Source of the DNA: Octopus vulgaris
Lineage: Eukaryota
Assembly (NCBI GenBank): GCA_951406725.2
Contig: OX597817.1
Coordinates: forward strand, 159,960,001-160,024,000
Reading direction: 5' to 3'
Length of the DNA stretch: 64,000 nucleotides
Part shown: positions 37,077 to 51,179 of the stretch, one piece after another
How positions within the stretch are numbered: the stretch's first letter is position 1
Layout: each line of letters opens with the position of its first letter
Notes under the pieces: generated by a model
Seen by the model: the letters and a program-made list of their open reading frames with translations, nothing else
Database searches by the model: none
What the model was told of the DNA's origin: nothing
Made by a program: the position numbers and the translations under genes

Positions 37077-38421
37077 AGCTGGATTGCATGACTCAATGTG
37101 AAATGAAGTGTGTTGCTCAAGGACATATCTTGCTGCTCAGTTCAGGAATTGAACCCACAAACTTATAAGCATGAGCTGAATAGTCTAACCATTAGGCTAT
37201 TTACCTTCACAAAAGACAAAATTGACCTCTGCTTTAACTCCCACCATCTACTTTGCATGGCAAAGCTATTATAAATACATGATTGCTATAAACATATACT
37301 GCAATTTTATATCATATCCCAGTTTATCTAGAATGTTATGTAGTGCTTCAATTTATTAATTAATTCATGCTGTCAGCAACTGCACCATTATGCAAATTAG
37401 GGTAGATCAATTGTATTCTGTTCAAGCTGTTCTCTCTATAGTGAAGAAAATGAGCAACTAATCTTCGATGATACAAGCCATTTGTCACTCACAATTGAGT
37501 ATGGCTTGGTAACATGTCATGATTTAGATTCCTTTGTGGTTATTAGCAAACATAGGTACTCTCTTGGGCCAGTTACCCTTGACCCTGTGAAGCATTATTT
37601 TAACTCTTTAGCATTTAAATTGTCCATATCTGGCTTGAATATTCTACTTGGTTCATGTTCAATCAGGTCAGATTTGCCTCTCACGCCTTCCCAACAATGT
37701 CATTCTAAAAATTAAACAGTCAAATCACCGAAATCTCAAAGATACAAAATAATGCATGATTTATCCAAACAAAAGAACGTGAATAGATAAGCATTACTTT
37801 TGACTGAGTAATCTGAACTCTAAAGGGTCAATGTCTACTTCTCCATGCTTGCATGAGCTGGATAAAATTTGATGAAGGTCATTTTTTATGCACATTTTTA
37901 TGCACACAGCCAGACTTCACATTGTTTCCAGACAACATAATATTTCCCCTAGTCCTTTCGAACGCGAACTGCATAATAGCCAGAAATGTTTTTAGTGCAG
38001 ATTGCAAAACTTGTCCCTTTGTCTTGACACCAAACTCTTATTGTTTTACAGTTAACGTGCGATGACAAGATACGGAGACATCAATACACACTCATGTACA
38101 CTCACACACACAAACATGTGCACACAGGTATATATGACAGGCTTCTTTTAGTTTCCATCTACCAAATCCACTCATAAGGTGTTAGTGAGCCAGGGTCTAT
38201 AGTAATGACACTTACACTACATGCTGTGCAGTAGGACTGAACCTGAAATCACATGGTTGAGACGACTCCTTAGCCACACATCCATCCTTGCACTTCTTTG
38301 AATAAAAATGTATATCTGTGTCTGTCTGATTTTCTGTATGTATGTCATATGTGTGTGTGTGTATGTGTGTATATACATATATATATATACATACACATAT
38401 AGATGCATACACACATACATG

Positions 38422-38453
<32 letters not shown>

Positions 38454-38459
38454 TCTATA

Positions 38460-38505
<46 letters not shown>

Positions 38506-38529
38506 CACATATACACACAGTCATAGAAA

Positions 38530-39264
38530 ATGCATAGATGTGGAATACAAAAAAACATGTATATGAATCATGTGACTACTTAAGATTTTAGATTGCCATG
38601 CCTCAGGAGTCAACTTTAATAGTAAAAGAATAGAAAAAAAAGTGGGGTGGAAAAAAAAGCCAAACCCAACTACAAGAACATCTCTCTCTCGTTATAGTAG
38701 CTATATATCATTGCTGTTGATAGATTTTTCTCTCTAACTGTCAGTAAGACAACATTATACTTTCTGTTGCTGTTACAAGTGACAAAATCAATTCTGCACT
38801 CACATGCAACATATTTAAACAGATTAGACAATTAATAGTGAAACACCTGACAATAAAGCTGCAAGTGTAGTAACCATGTTTTAGCTGACTTTAAACCTCA
38901 CTCCTTGCTGTTTTCACTATTCTACAACACCCCCCCCCCCAACTATCTATACACTCACCTCTGTTGCAATGGTTGCATTGTCTTTGAGGAATGTTTTTGG
39001 TATTGGAATATTTCACTTATTGAATTTATTGGAATTTTTTCGTTTTGGTTGTTGAAAACTATATTCACAAGAGAACAAGGATCACTATGATACTGTGGTT
39101 TGGGTGTTTGGCATAGTGGTAGTTATGTTTTGGTACAGCAGTATATATATGTTGGGTGTAGTAGTACATGTATTTGGTAAAGCGAAATGCATGTTTAGTA
39201 TAGTGGTGTATATGTTTGATACAGTGGTATATATGCTCACTATAATAGTATATATACATATATG

Positions 39265-39327
<63 letters not shown>

Positions 39328-39470
39328 GTGTATATATGTATATATATATATGTATGTATATATATATATGTGTGTGTGTGTGTGTATGTATATATATGTA
39401 TATATATGTATGTATATGTATGTATATGAATGTATATATATGTATATATATGTATATATATATATGTATA

Positions 39471-39535
<65 letters not shown>

Positions 39536-40610
39536 CTGTATATTTCATAGTTTTCGTGATGTACATGTTGAGTATATTGGTATAATGTATATTTGGTATA
39601 TTGCTATGTATGTTTCATTTTGTGGTATGGAGTATTTCACATAGATGTATGAAAGGTGCCTCAAGGTTTCAATTCATGTTTGTTATTAATCATAGTTCCA
39701 TTTCATTTATATTTCTATAGGCATAGGAGTGGCTGTGCTTACCAACCACATGGTTCTGGGTTCAGTCCCACTGCATGCCACCTTGGGCAACTGTCTTTTA
39801 CTGTAGCCTCGAGCCAACCAAAGCCTTGTGCGTGGATTCAGCAGACAGAAACTGAAAGAAGCCCGTCATATATATGTGTGTGTGTGTGTGTGTGTGTATT
39901 TATGTTTGTGTGTCTGTGTTTGTTCCCCAACATCACTTGACAACCGATGCTGATGTGTTATGTCCCCGTAACTTAGGAGTTCGGCAAAAGAGACCGATAG
40001 AATAAGTACTAGGCTTGCAAAGAATAAGTCGTGAAGTCGATTTGCTCGACTAAAGGCAGTGCTCCAGCATGGCCAAATGACTGAAACAAGTAAAAGAGTT
40101 CTTTTGAAAGGTATTAAAGCCACCAGTCTCCTTTGAAGTGACCTATTCATAGATATCTCTCATTACAGAAAATCAAATTATTTTAGTTGTATTAAAGAAA
40201 ATATTTACGATTTGTTTTCTTTTAGTATTTCCAGATGGAAAGTTAGTGGTGGCTCAGTGGTTAAGGTGTTGGGTTAATTTTATAGGTTTTTTTTCATGTT
40301 CAAACCCTGTTGTTTACACAAGCAGATTGTTTCCTGGGACAAATGTGAATGTAGTACTCTACTCACCTCAGTAAAACCAAAATATAAAAAAATTATAAAA
40401 TATACCTTTTCCAGTATGTTGCTGTGTTTTGCTTAACATCACAGAAGATGTCCAGTTATTTTAATAAAACATGTTTCTATAATTTATAAGAATATTTTCA
40501 GAACCATCAAACCTATGTTTGATGGTATAGAAATAACTGACAACAGTGTAACATGTAATATACAGGTAGGAGACAAAAGTACATTTACCTTTATTGTCAG
40601 CACTTACTAA
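38530..40610 (-). repeat. Inverted segmental duplication, copy 2 (contains SINE A at 39719-40098)
   Basis: Reverse complement of 14520-17300, with independent SINE insertions. Confidence 0.92.
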
Positions 40611-41002
40611 ATGAGTCATGGGTAAGAAGTTCTACTATTGTTTGTTGTTGTTGTTTAGTCCCAAATGAACCATGACTGATGAGAATTACGATTATGATCA
40701 AATATATTTTATTCTGCAGATAACCATGATGTGTGTTTTCTCTCTGATAGGGCAATGTGCATCAAGGACTGCATTATTTAACATACCTTTTTTTTTATTT
40801 AAGATTATATGGTATGATATAAGTGATTTGCTTGCTATGTCCTGCAGCCTCTTTTATTCCATATTTCATGCTTTGGAGATAATTATTAACAGTATAGAAG
40901 GTAAAGTACAGGTGACAATCGATAAGAGAATTGTTACCTTTATTGTGAAAACTATATGAGGCTTGAGTAGAAAGTATTACCTTTATTTGCATGACTGCAT
41001 AG

Positions 41003-41408
41003 CAGCATTTCTCAATCGGGGTTCCCCGGAACCCTAGGGTTCTGCAAAAGATTCCTAGGGGTTCCATGGGAAAGAGTGAGATAAGCTAATGCTAATTTCA
41101 TGATCGTAATATCACTATACATGTGCAACATATTGGTTATTGTAATATAGACATCATCCTGTCTAATCTATTGTTATCAAAAAGATATAACAACTATATA
41201 TATATAATCATCATCATCATCATCATCATCATTTAGCGTCCGTTCTCCATGCTAGCATGGGTTGGACGGTTCAACTGGGGTCTGTGAAGCTGGAAGGCTT
41301 CATCAGGCCCAGTCAGATCTGGCAGTGTTTCTACGGCTGGATGCCCTTCCTAACGCCAACCACTCCGTGAGTGTAGTGGGTGCTTTTTACGTGCCACCTG
41401 CACATATA

Positions 41409-41441
<33 letters not shown>

Positions 41442-41570
41442 GATATTTACCTTGTGAACTACAATGAAAAAATATGAGAAAGATATAGTATATTTTTTTT
41501 GGTGCAGCGGTTCCTTGAGACATAATTCATTTTAAGGGTTATGCAACGGTACAAAGTTTGAGAACCACTA
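41003..41570. mobile_element. hAT (Charlie-like) MITE with nested family D copy (41208-41403)
   Basis: Ends cagcatttctcaa / ttgagaaccacta; flanking 8-mers ctgcatag and ctgtatag. Confidence 0.75.
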
Positions 41571-42679
41571 CTGTATAGGGTTGTAAGAGGTAGCAAGACT
41601 ATATGGACCTGTGTAAGAAGTGACAAAACTATATGGGTGGGTGATAGTGTTATTGGCAAGACTAGGTGGGACCAGTTTAAGAATTGTTACTCTTACTAAA
41701 AAAAAAGCTATCTGATGTATATGTTGGAAGTGTGATATCTATGGGTAATGTAAGATAAGTAGTGTTTTTGTAAAAATGGTTAAAAATTAAGAAACAAAAC
41801 AAAACAAGAGCTGAGTATGGCCATAGACTTTATACCATTGATTTACAAAGTTCTAAAAGGAGTTTTGATAGATTGACAAAAGAACTAGAGTTCCTAGAAT
41901 TTGTTCAGAAGTAATCATTAGAAAGACACCCATGAAATTGTCTTTAAGTTGCTTATATGGTTCACTGAAGTGGGAGAAATTTTCTCTTGCCTAAGTAACA
42001 GGTTTAAGGCTGGGTAGTTGCAAAGAAATTTTAGTCATTGGAGTAAGAAAAGGTGGAAGAAGTTCAGGTTCAGAGAGCTTTTACCTCTGTTGCCAACAGT
42101 GAGTTTCTTTCTATTTCCAAAGAGGCAAGTTTTATGAAATAGTTTGTTCAGAAGATCTGTTGATGCTGGAGACAAATGTATCAGAGAATGATCTGTTGGA
42201 TGTGTAATGTTAACATGTATGAAATGTGGCTCAATAGTGAACTGAGAAAGTCTCTCTGTCTGTCTGTCTGTCTGTCTCCCCTCTCTCTCTCCTCTCATTC
42301 ACTCCTCTCTCTCTCTCTCTCTCTCAAGCCCATTCACTCCCTATGGTGCATAAGCCTTCAATGACACTTCTCTATTCTTGACCCTGGGCTCCTTTCTGCT
42401 TCTCTCCCCCTGAATCCCTGTTGATTCAGTTCTTTCTCAGTATTCCTTACCTCCAGCTATTTTTTGTGTTTCCTTGAGGGAAGGAAGACCTTGTTTGTTT
42501 TGAATTGTCATTGATGCTTCTGTAACTTTGTCCCTTTCTTGGTAGGCGTACTCACCCTACACAACCATTTTTACCTCTGGGAAGAGGTGGTCCATATTAG
42601 TCTGACCCCTATCATTTGACCTGTCCAGCATGGGAAGCCCTACTGGGAACTTGCGTTTTGCTGGCATAGCTCTCACTAG

Positions 42680-42900
42680 TGGAGGTGTGTGGTTTAGTGG
42701 TTAGAATATTGGACTCATGAGTGTAAGATTTTGATTTTGATTCCTGGACCAAGCAACACATTGTGTTCTTGAGCAAAACACTTCATTTCATGTTGCTCCA
42801 GTCCACTCAGATGGCAAAAAATGAGTGACTCTGTGACAGACTGGAATCTTGTTCAGGTGGGGAGTTTATATGCTATGAAAACTTATGAAATTGGCCCTTA
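42680..42900 (+). mobile_element. Older tRNA-derived SINE (family E, CORE-like ttgagcaa)
   Basis: ggaggtgtgtggtttagtggttag...gattcctgg...ttgagcaaaacacttcatttc. Related copies at 48975-49190 (+) and about 54110-54460 (-). Confidence 0.7.
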
Positions 42901-43119
42901 TACGTAAGCATAACTTGAGAAGGTAACTCTACCTTTACCTATAGCTTTCACTGTCATTGAGGCACACAAGCCACCAAACCAAAACAAGGCATCAAGGGCC
43001 TTGTAGTGGGAGCTGAGAGAGTGTTTGGGTATTAAAAGTATCAGCTGATGTATATAGGGGAGCATGAACATATAGCATGACTGGAGAAAGAGTGATTGAT
43101 ATATAAAAAAGGCTTGTGT

Positions 43120-43285
43120 CACTAGTGTAGGTAGAGTTTGTACTGCCCAGGGTGGCCCTTCTGTTTGCTGCCCCCGGACTCCACAAAAAACATATACTGC
43201 CTACAGTAGACCCGAAAGTACTGCTCCTTTAAAAGTGTCACCCAAGGTTGATTGCCCCTACTGTCCCCCACTAGCTACACTAGTG
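43120..43285. mobile_element. Short hAT-type MITE
   Basis: TIR cactagtgtag / ctacactagtg; flanking 8-mers gcttgtgt and gcttgtgc. Confidence 0.7.
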
Positions 43286-43639
43286 GCTTGTGCACTGGTA
43301 GGGAAAGGGGACATTGGGGGAGATGATATGTTCACATCTTAAAATGTAAGAAAGGAGTCATGACTGTTTGTGAAGGTGTGAAGACTAATTGAATAAAGGC
43401 AGGAATAGCCTGTTGAATGTTGCTTAAACGTTAATGATTTTAACAAATTACATCTGTACATGTAGATTAATATTGATGGTTGTAAATCAGTATTATCATC
43501 ATCATCATCATCATAAAAGTGAAATTCTTCGTTTCCAGTCTTCCATTGGAAACAGGTGATGGGTTGGTGACAGGAAGGACATCCAGCCATAGAAAAATCT
43601 GGTTTGATAAATTCTGTCTGACCCATCTAACCATTGACA

Positions 43640-43831
43640 GTGAAGATGATGATGATAATGACAAAGATGATGATGATGATGATGATGAGGATGATGATGA
43701 GGATGCCAATGGTGATGATGATGATGAGGATGCCAATGGTGATGATGATGATGATGATGACGATGATGTTGATGATGACAATAATGATAATGATGACGAT
43801 GACAGTAATGATGACAATGATAACGACGACA

Positions 43832-43871
<40 letters not shown>

Positions 43872-44046
43872 GGATGATGATGATGAGGATGCCAATGGTG
43901 ATGATGATGATGAGGATGCCAATGGTGATGATGATGACGATGATGACGATGATGTTGATGATGACAATAATGATAATGATGACGATGACAGTAATGATGA
44001 CAATGATAACGACGGCAATGATGATGATGATGATGATGATGATGAT
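43640..44046. repeat. Degenerate (GAT)n tract with an internal 186-bp tandem duplication
   Basis: The ggatgccaatggt pair and downstream variants recur at 43701 and 43887. Confidence 0.92.
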
Positions 44047-44554
44047 CACTCAATTTTACATTAAAGCCCCTCATTGTGAACAGGATTAATCTTTATGAGT
44101 TCCATGGATTTATAAGGATATTGCTTATTGTTTCTGTTAATGAGAGAGAGAGCGAGAGAGGTGGGGTAAACAATTTTCTAAATAGGATTGTTGTCAATTG
44201 TCACAAGTAACTTTGTCTGAAAACCTTATTACCTTTCTCCAGCTAGGCCATCTAAGGCAATATTGAGGTACTTCAAACACTTGCAGTGAATAATAAATAA
44301 CAACCCATTAAGTTTGAAATCTAATTTATTGCACAGAACAATATGTTTAACTTTTATTTATAAAATGATCAAAGTTGATAGCTCCTTGGGCTTAAATGCA
44401 TTCTATATATTTCATTTTTAGATATGATATATAAATAAACTTTTATTGTGTTTTATAGAAGAGGACTTATCTACGTGCCATAATGAATTGTATAAGTCCG
44501 AATATCACTGTTACTATTGTTTGAATTAAAATTATTTATTTTTGACTCAATAGG

Positions 44555-44947
44555 TCTCCTTGGGCGACCTGCTGTGCTTGAGGAGACCTATTGAGTCAAG
44601 TACATCAACATAAAAAAATCAAATGGAAATTGTAGTTGTGATACCCGTGCCAGTGGCATGTAAAAAGCACCATCCGAACGTGGCCGATGCCAGCGCTGCA
44701 TTGACTGGCTTCCATGCTGGTGGCACGTAAAAAGCACTAACTGATCATGGCCATTGCCAGCCTCCCCTGGCACTTGTGCCGGTGGCATGTAAAAAGCACG
44801 CACTACACTCACAGAGTGGTTGGCATTAGGAAGGGCATCCAGCTGTAGAAGCACTGTCAGATCAAACTGGAGCCTGGTGCAGCCTCCTGGCTTCCCAGAC
44901 CTCGGTTGAACCATCTAACTCAGGCTAGCATGGAAAACAGACGTTAA

Positions 44948-44985
<38 letters not shown>
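44555..44985 (+). mobile_element. Family D retroposon, long copy with (GAT)n tail
   Basis: Internal repeats gccagtggcacgtaaaaagcacc; 3' end gcatggaaaacagacgttaaat(GAT)n. Confidence 0.85.
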
Positions 44986-44987
<2 letters not shown>

Positions 44988-45799
44988 ATTGGTGCTCTGT
45001 CCATCTCTGTTTAGCTTGGATTGGCCCTGTTTGAGCAAACATATTAAAGAAAGAAGGGACTGAGTGCTTTTTACATGGCACAAGCGCAGACAAGGTCAGT
45101 TTTGTCATGGTTTTTACAGTTGGATGCCCTTGCAAACACCAACCACTTTACCGTGTTGACTGGATGCTTTTTATATGGCACCAACACTGTATGTGTACAT
45201 TATACACCTGGGAAGGCAATGCCAATTTGATGGAGGGAGTGAACTGATGCCCAGCACAAACATTTGATCACTATAAACAAATCACCTGTGCAGGGTATTC
45301 AGCAAGAAATTGTAGAACTCCCATACGTTGTCCATGACAAAAGAGTCCATTAATGCCTACCAAACTGTTAGGATAGACTAAATCTCTGATCCTTTATCTC
45401 TTATTTGTTTCATTTATTAGACTGTGGCTATGTTGGAGCACAGCCTTGAAGACATTTTAGTCAAATGAATCGACCCCAGTACTTATTTTCCTTTTAAGCC
45501 TGGTACCTATTCTATCAGTCCCTTTTGCTGAACCACTTAGTTACAAGGACGTAAGTAAATGTAAACAAACCAACACCAGTGGATAACAAACTCTAAAATA
45601 TCAGTTTGAATACTGCTTTTAACCGAGAAACTCACAACAGACACCATTTGTAAACATTAAATAATTTATAAACATCTAATTATTAAACTGAAAAAATTAT
45701 CAGAAAAACTGTTTCTGTTTGTTTTTTCAAGTATATAATTCTGTACTAAGGACTTTCTATTTGTTATTCTACTACACACACACACACCACACACACATG

Positions 45800-45833
<34 letters not shown>

Positions 45834-45998
45834 TGTATGTATGTATGTATGTATGTATGTATATATGTATGTACAGTATGTAAGTATGTATGTATGTATG
45901 TATGCATGCATGCATGCATGTATGTATGTATGTATGTATGTATGTATGTATGTATGTATGTATGTATGTATGTGTGTGTGTGTGTGTGTGTGTATGTA

Positions 45999-46157
45999 TT
46001 GTTGTTGTTGTTGGCATCCTTTTTGTCTCTGGAGACAATGGAGTTGCACATAAAATAATCTAGTCTGGCTTTTACATTTCATGTCCTAATACATCTCCTG
46101 CTGTGGCTGTGTAGTCCTATCCTGGACAAACACTCCCTTTGGCAGGTGCCGCAAATG
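45999..46157 (-). mobile_element. RTE LINE extreme 3' end
   Basis: Nearly identical to 35998-36150; (CAA)n tail on the minus strand. Confidence 0.85.
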
Positions 46158-47318
46158 TTTTCCATGCTAGCATAGGTAAGAGGGTTTGACTGGAGCCAGT
46201 AATCTGGAGAGCTGCACCAGGCTCCAGTTTGTTTTGGCTTGGTTTCTACAGCTGGATGCCCTTTCTAACTCCAGCCACTCTACAGAGTATAAGGGATGCT
46301 TTTTACCTGTTGCCAGCATGGATGCCTTTTATATGTCACTGGCACGACATCGTCTTTCAGTATTCATCTACCAAATCCACTCACAAGGCTTCGGTTGACC
46401 TGAAGCTATGGTAGAAAACACTTACCCAAGGTGCTACACAGTGGGACCGAACCTGGAACCATGTAGTTGGAAAGCAAGCCTATGATTCCTGTGCATGCCT
46501 ATGATTCCTGTGCATCTTCTGAAGCACTGGTAGTTGTATCCATATGTTTCCTTGTTAACAAACTAGTTTTTCACTTTCTCCTCTGCCACACAGTTTCTGT
46601 TATTAAAATGGTAATAATCTTGAGGACTTTCTTTGAATTGTATCTTCTTTAGCTGAATACACGCTATCATACATGTATATTTGTAAATGTGAGTATGCAT
46701 TTATCTTTATAAATATCCACAAAAAAACATGAGAAACACTTTTCTTTGTGCATTTTGAATAATTTGTTTGGTAAGAATGTGCAAAAGCTGGTGAATTTAG
46801 ATGAGCAGTTATTGAATAGAGAGAGGATGATTGATGCATTATGTATGTGGTGTGTGTATGTATGTATGTATGTATGTATGTATGTATGTATGTATGTATG
46901 TATGTATGTATGTGTGTGTATGTATGTATATAATAAAATAATCATTTCTATAAGCGAAAACTTAAAACGTGTGTGTGCATGTGCATTTATATATAACACA
47001 TGCGCCCACACACATACATATGCATGCAGTCTTGATAAGCCTTAAAAGCTAAGAGCTAAGCCAGGAAAGAATAAGAATAGAAGAAAATAGGGAACACAGA
47101 ACAAAATGATGTATCCAGAAGAGAAACTAAACATCAGGTATAGTTAGCGAGAAAAAAAGATGAAAGTAAAATGATTGCTAATACGTTCTGTGAGACATGA
47201 TGATCTGAGTGGTGTTTTGTTCAAGATTGTAAAATATTGTATCAGTGTAAGTGAGGATAAGTTTGGTAAGAATTGTGCACAGGGTTGCTGTGTGGTAAGG
47301 CGCAGGAGTGCCTGTGTG

Positions 47319-47463
47319 GTAAGTAGCTTGTTTACCAACCACATGGTTCCGGGTTCAGTCCCACTGCGTGGCACCTTGGGCAAGTGTCTTCTGCTAAAGC
47401 CTCGGGCTGACCAAAGCCTTGTGAGTGGATTTGGTAGACGGAAACTGAAAGAAGCTCGTCATA

Positions 47464-47496
<33 letters not shown>

Positions 47497-47728
47497 GCCT
47501 GTGTGTGTTTGTGTGTCTATGTTTGTCCCCCCTAGCATTGCTTGACAACCAGTGCTGGCGTGTTTATGTCCCCGTTACTTAGTGGTTCGGCAAAAGAGAC
47601 CGATAGAATAAGTACTGGGTTTACAAAAAGAATAAGTCCCGGGGTCGAGTTGCTCGATTAAAGGCGGTGCTCCAGCATGGCCGCAGTCAAATGACTGAAA
47701 CAAGTAAAAGAGTAAAAGAGTAAAGAGA
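47319..47728 (+). mobile_element. SINE family A, near-consensus
   Basis: ggcgcaggagtgcctgtgtggtaagtag...(gtaaaaga)n. Confidence 0.92.
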
Positions 47729-47848
47729 GTCATGGCACCACCCACTTCACCCTCATGAACATTGAGAAGAGAGAGAGGCATCGGAGTGTTACTGTGAATG
47801 TTAGTATGGGAGGTTGTTAAATGAGGAGGATGTGGGGAATAGAGAGAG

Positions 47849-48979
47849 TTTACCTCAAGTAAAATAGAGGTAGCCTTACCTCAATGTAAATTACCTCAAG
47901 TAAAGTAGAGGTAGCCTTACCTCAATGTAAATTTACTTCAAGTAAAGTAGAGGTAGCCTTACTTCAATGTAAATTTACCTCAAGTAAAGTAGAGGTAGCC
48001 TTACCTCAATGTAAATTTACCTCAAGTAAAGTAGAGGTAGCCTTACCTCAATGTAAATTTACCTCAAGTAAAGTAGAGGTAGCCTTACCTCAATGTAAAT
48101 TTACCTCAAGTAAAGTAGAGGTAGCCTTACCTCAATGTAAATTTACCTCAAGTAAAGTAGAGGTAGCCTTACCTCAATGTAAATTTACCTCAAGTAAAGT
48201 AGAGGTAGCCTTACCTCAAATTAAATTTACCTCAAAGTAAATTTACCTCAAGTAAAGAAGAGGTAGCCTTACCTCAAATTAAATTTACCTCAAAGTAAAT
48301 TTACCTCAAGTAAAGTAGAGGTAGCCTTACCTCAAATTAAATTTACCTCAAATAAAGTAGAGGGAGCCTTACCTCAAATTAAATTTACCTCAAAGTAAAT
48401 TTACCTCAAGTAAAGTAGAGGTAGCCTTACCTCAAATTAAATTTACCTCAAATAAAGTAGAGGGAGCCTTACCTCAAATTAAATTTACCTCAAAGTAAAT
48501 TTACCTCAAGTAAAGTAGAGGTAGCCTTACCTCAAATTAAATTTACCTCAAATAAAGTAGAGGGAGCCTTACCTCAAATTAAATTTACCTCAAAGTAAAT
48601 TTACCTCAAGTAAAGTAGAGGTAGCCTTACCTCAAATTAAATTTACCTCAAATAAAGTAGAGGGAGCCTTACCTCAAATTAAATTTACCTCAAAGTAAAT
48701 TTACCTCAAGTAAAGTAGAGGTAGCCTTACCTCAAATTAAATTTACCTCAAATAAAGTAGAGGAGCCTTACCTCAAATTAAATTTACCTCAAAGTAAATT
48801 TACCTCAAGTAAAGTAGAGGTAGCCTTACCTCAAATTAAATTTACCTCAAATAAAGTAGAGGGAGCCTTACCTCAAATTAAATTTACCTCAAAGTAAATT
48901 TACCTCAAGTAAAGTAGAGGTAGCCTTACCTCAAATTAAATTTACCTCAAAGTAAATTTACCTCGAGTAAAGTAGAGGT
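47849..48979. repeat. Satellite array: 42-bp monomer changing to a 100-bp higher-order repeat
   Basis: Monomer tttacctcaagtaaagtagaggtagccttacctcaatgtaaa up to about 48215; then ctcaaattaa recurs at 48331, 48431, 48531, 48631 and 48731. Confidence 0.95.
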
Positions 48980-50654
48980 GCATGGCTTAGTGGTTATGGT
49001 GTTGGACTCATGGTTGTAAGATTGTGGTTTTGATTCCTGGACTGGGTGATGTATTGTGTCCTTGAGCAAAACACTTCATTTCATGTTGCTCCAGTCCACT
49101 CATTTGGTAAAAATGAGTAACGCTGTGATGGACTGGCATCCAATCCAGGAGGGAGTATATATGACAGAGAAACTGGGAAATCTATTCAATGCTCCTAATG
49201 TGGACTAACCAGTGAGACAACATGATGGTCCTTAGTCATCTCCTTTGTAAGGCTCAGTGTCTTGAGATTGGCCTTCAACACATTTATGACTCTGTCAATT
49301 CACCACCTTTAAAGAATTAAAATGTAATTCTAATGTATGATAATATATGATATATTAATGTATGATAATATATGATAAACCTATTACAAAACTAAACCTT
49401 TTCACTGTGAAAATTAGATATATCTGCTCAATTGTAGAGAGCAGTTTTATATACCAATCTATCTCTTGTTGAGATATGCCATATTTGAAATTATTTTCTG
49501 TTGGGATATGTCAAGTTTACTGAGGCAACATGACTAGCAGAAAAGGTTAATTCTATTTTTTGGTAGATATTTAACATCATTTCTGGAATAACCATGAAAT
49601 TTGATTTCACAGTTAAAGGGTTAAAAAGGAGATAACATTTGTAAGTTCATACAAAATATAGGCTATTAAATAATCCTTTCTAATTTTGGCACAAGGCCAG
49701 CAGTTTTTAAGGGAGGGGCTAAATCTGATATATCAACCCTAGCATTTGACTGGTACTTATTATATCAACCTTGAAAGTATGAAAGGCAGAATGATACTGG
49801 TAGCATTAAAACTCTGAACATAAAACTGGAAAAATTGCCACCAAACATTATGTCTGGCATGCTAACACCTTTAGGTTATTAGATAATACAATAATTGAAT
49901 TATTAAATGATTAAATAATTAAAAAGTTGATTAATTAAAATTAGTAATAGGAATCTATGCATATGATTAGGGCAATAGTAAAATAAATGTTGAGATAGAA
50001 AAATATAGGGAAGAATGGATCAGAAAAGTTAAAAGGGTTAAGGGTTATGAAAAATGTAGTAAATATTAGGATTGTTAAAGAAGGGAGGCTTAAGAAATTA
50101 AAAGATCACAAAATTATGATTATATATTAAAGTCTTAGTAAAGCATTATATTTACATATTAATAATATTAAATTAGAACAAAATGTTACAGAGTAACGAT
50201 AAGTTAAATTAGTGACTTTATGTGAAAGGGAAAAACAAATTTGTGTGAGGTTGAAATGAGTTGCTAAAACAGTTGAAACAATCATATAGGTGCAGGCATG
50301 GCTGTGTACTCTGAGAAGTTTGTTTTGCAGCCATGAGATTTCAGGATTTCGGGTTCAATCCATTCATTTATTCATTTACTTCATTCATCTTAATTAAAGT
50401 GATCCAATTAATTATTACAGAACTAACAGAATATTATCTTGATTATATTTATTTTATTTTTAATCAAATCTATATATACTACATACATGTGTGTGTATGT
50501 GTGTTTTCGTGTCTGTTCCTACCCTACTTAATAACCTGTGTTGGTTTGCTTACATCCCCATAACTTACCTGTGTTGGCAAAAGAGACCAATAGAATAGGT
50601 ACTATTAAACTACTGGAAACCTTGGAAGCTACTGAAATGACATTTCAGTGTAGT

Positions 50655-50892
50655 TTCTTATTTCTTTATTGCCTGCAAGGGGCTAAACATAGAGGGAACA
50701 AACAAGGAGAGACAAAGGGATTAAGTCAATTGCATCAACCCCAATGCATAACTGGTACTTAATTTATCGACCCCGAAAGGATGAAAGGCAAAGTTGACCT
50801 CGGCGGAATTTGAACTCAGAATGTAACAGCAGACAAAATACCGCTAAGCATTTCGCCCAGCATGCTAATGTTTCTGCCAGCCCGCCGCCTTC
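50655..50892 (-). mobile_element. SINE family C
   Basis: Reverse complement of the 9491-9718 consensus. Confidence 0.85.
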
Positions 50893-51179
50893 AGAGTAGT
50901 TTCTCCTCTTGAAATACCCATGTCTTTGTCATCATTGTCATCACTGTTGCTGCTACCATCATCATCATTTAACATCCATGGTCCATGCTGGCATGAGTTA
51001 GACTGGTTCACAGGTTCCAGTGGGTCTAAGGACTGCAACATGTTCCAACGTCTGCTTTGCGACAGTTTCTACAGCAGGATACCCTTCCTAATGCCAACCA
51101 CTTTACAGCGTGTACTGGGTGCCTTTCTCATGCAACCAACACTATAGAGATCGCCATGCAGCCTCACATGGCTATGAAC

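Noticed and set aside
43467-44089. Asp-rich (43519-44064), His-rich and Ser-rich ORFs, superficially like acidic biomineral proteins
   Set aside because: Most frames are open only because of a (GAT)n tract, and the N-terminus derives from a retroposon tail. No signal peptide or splice support.
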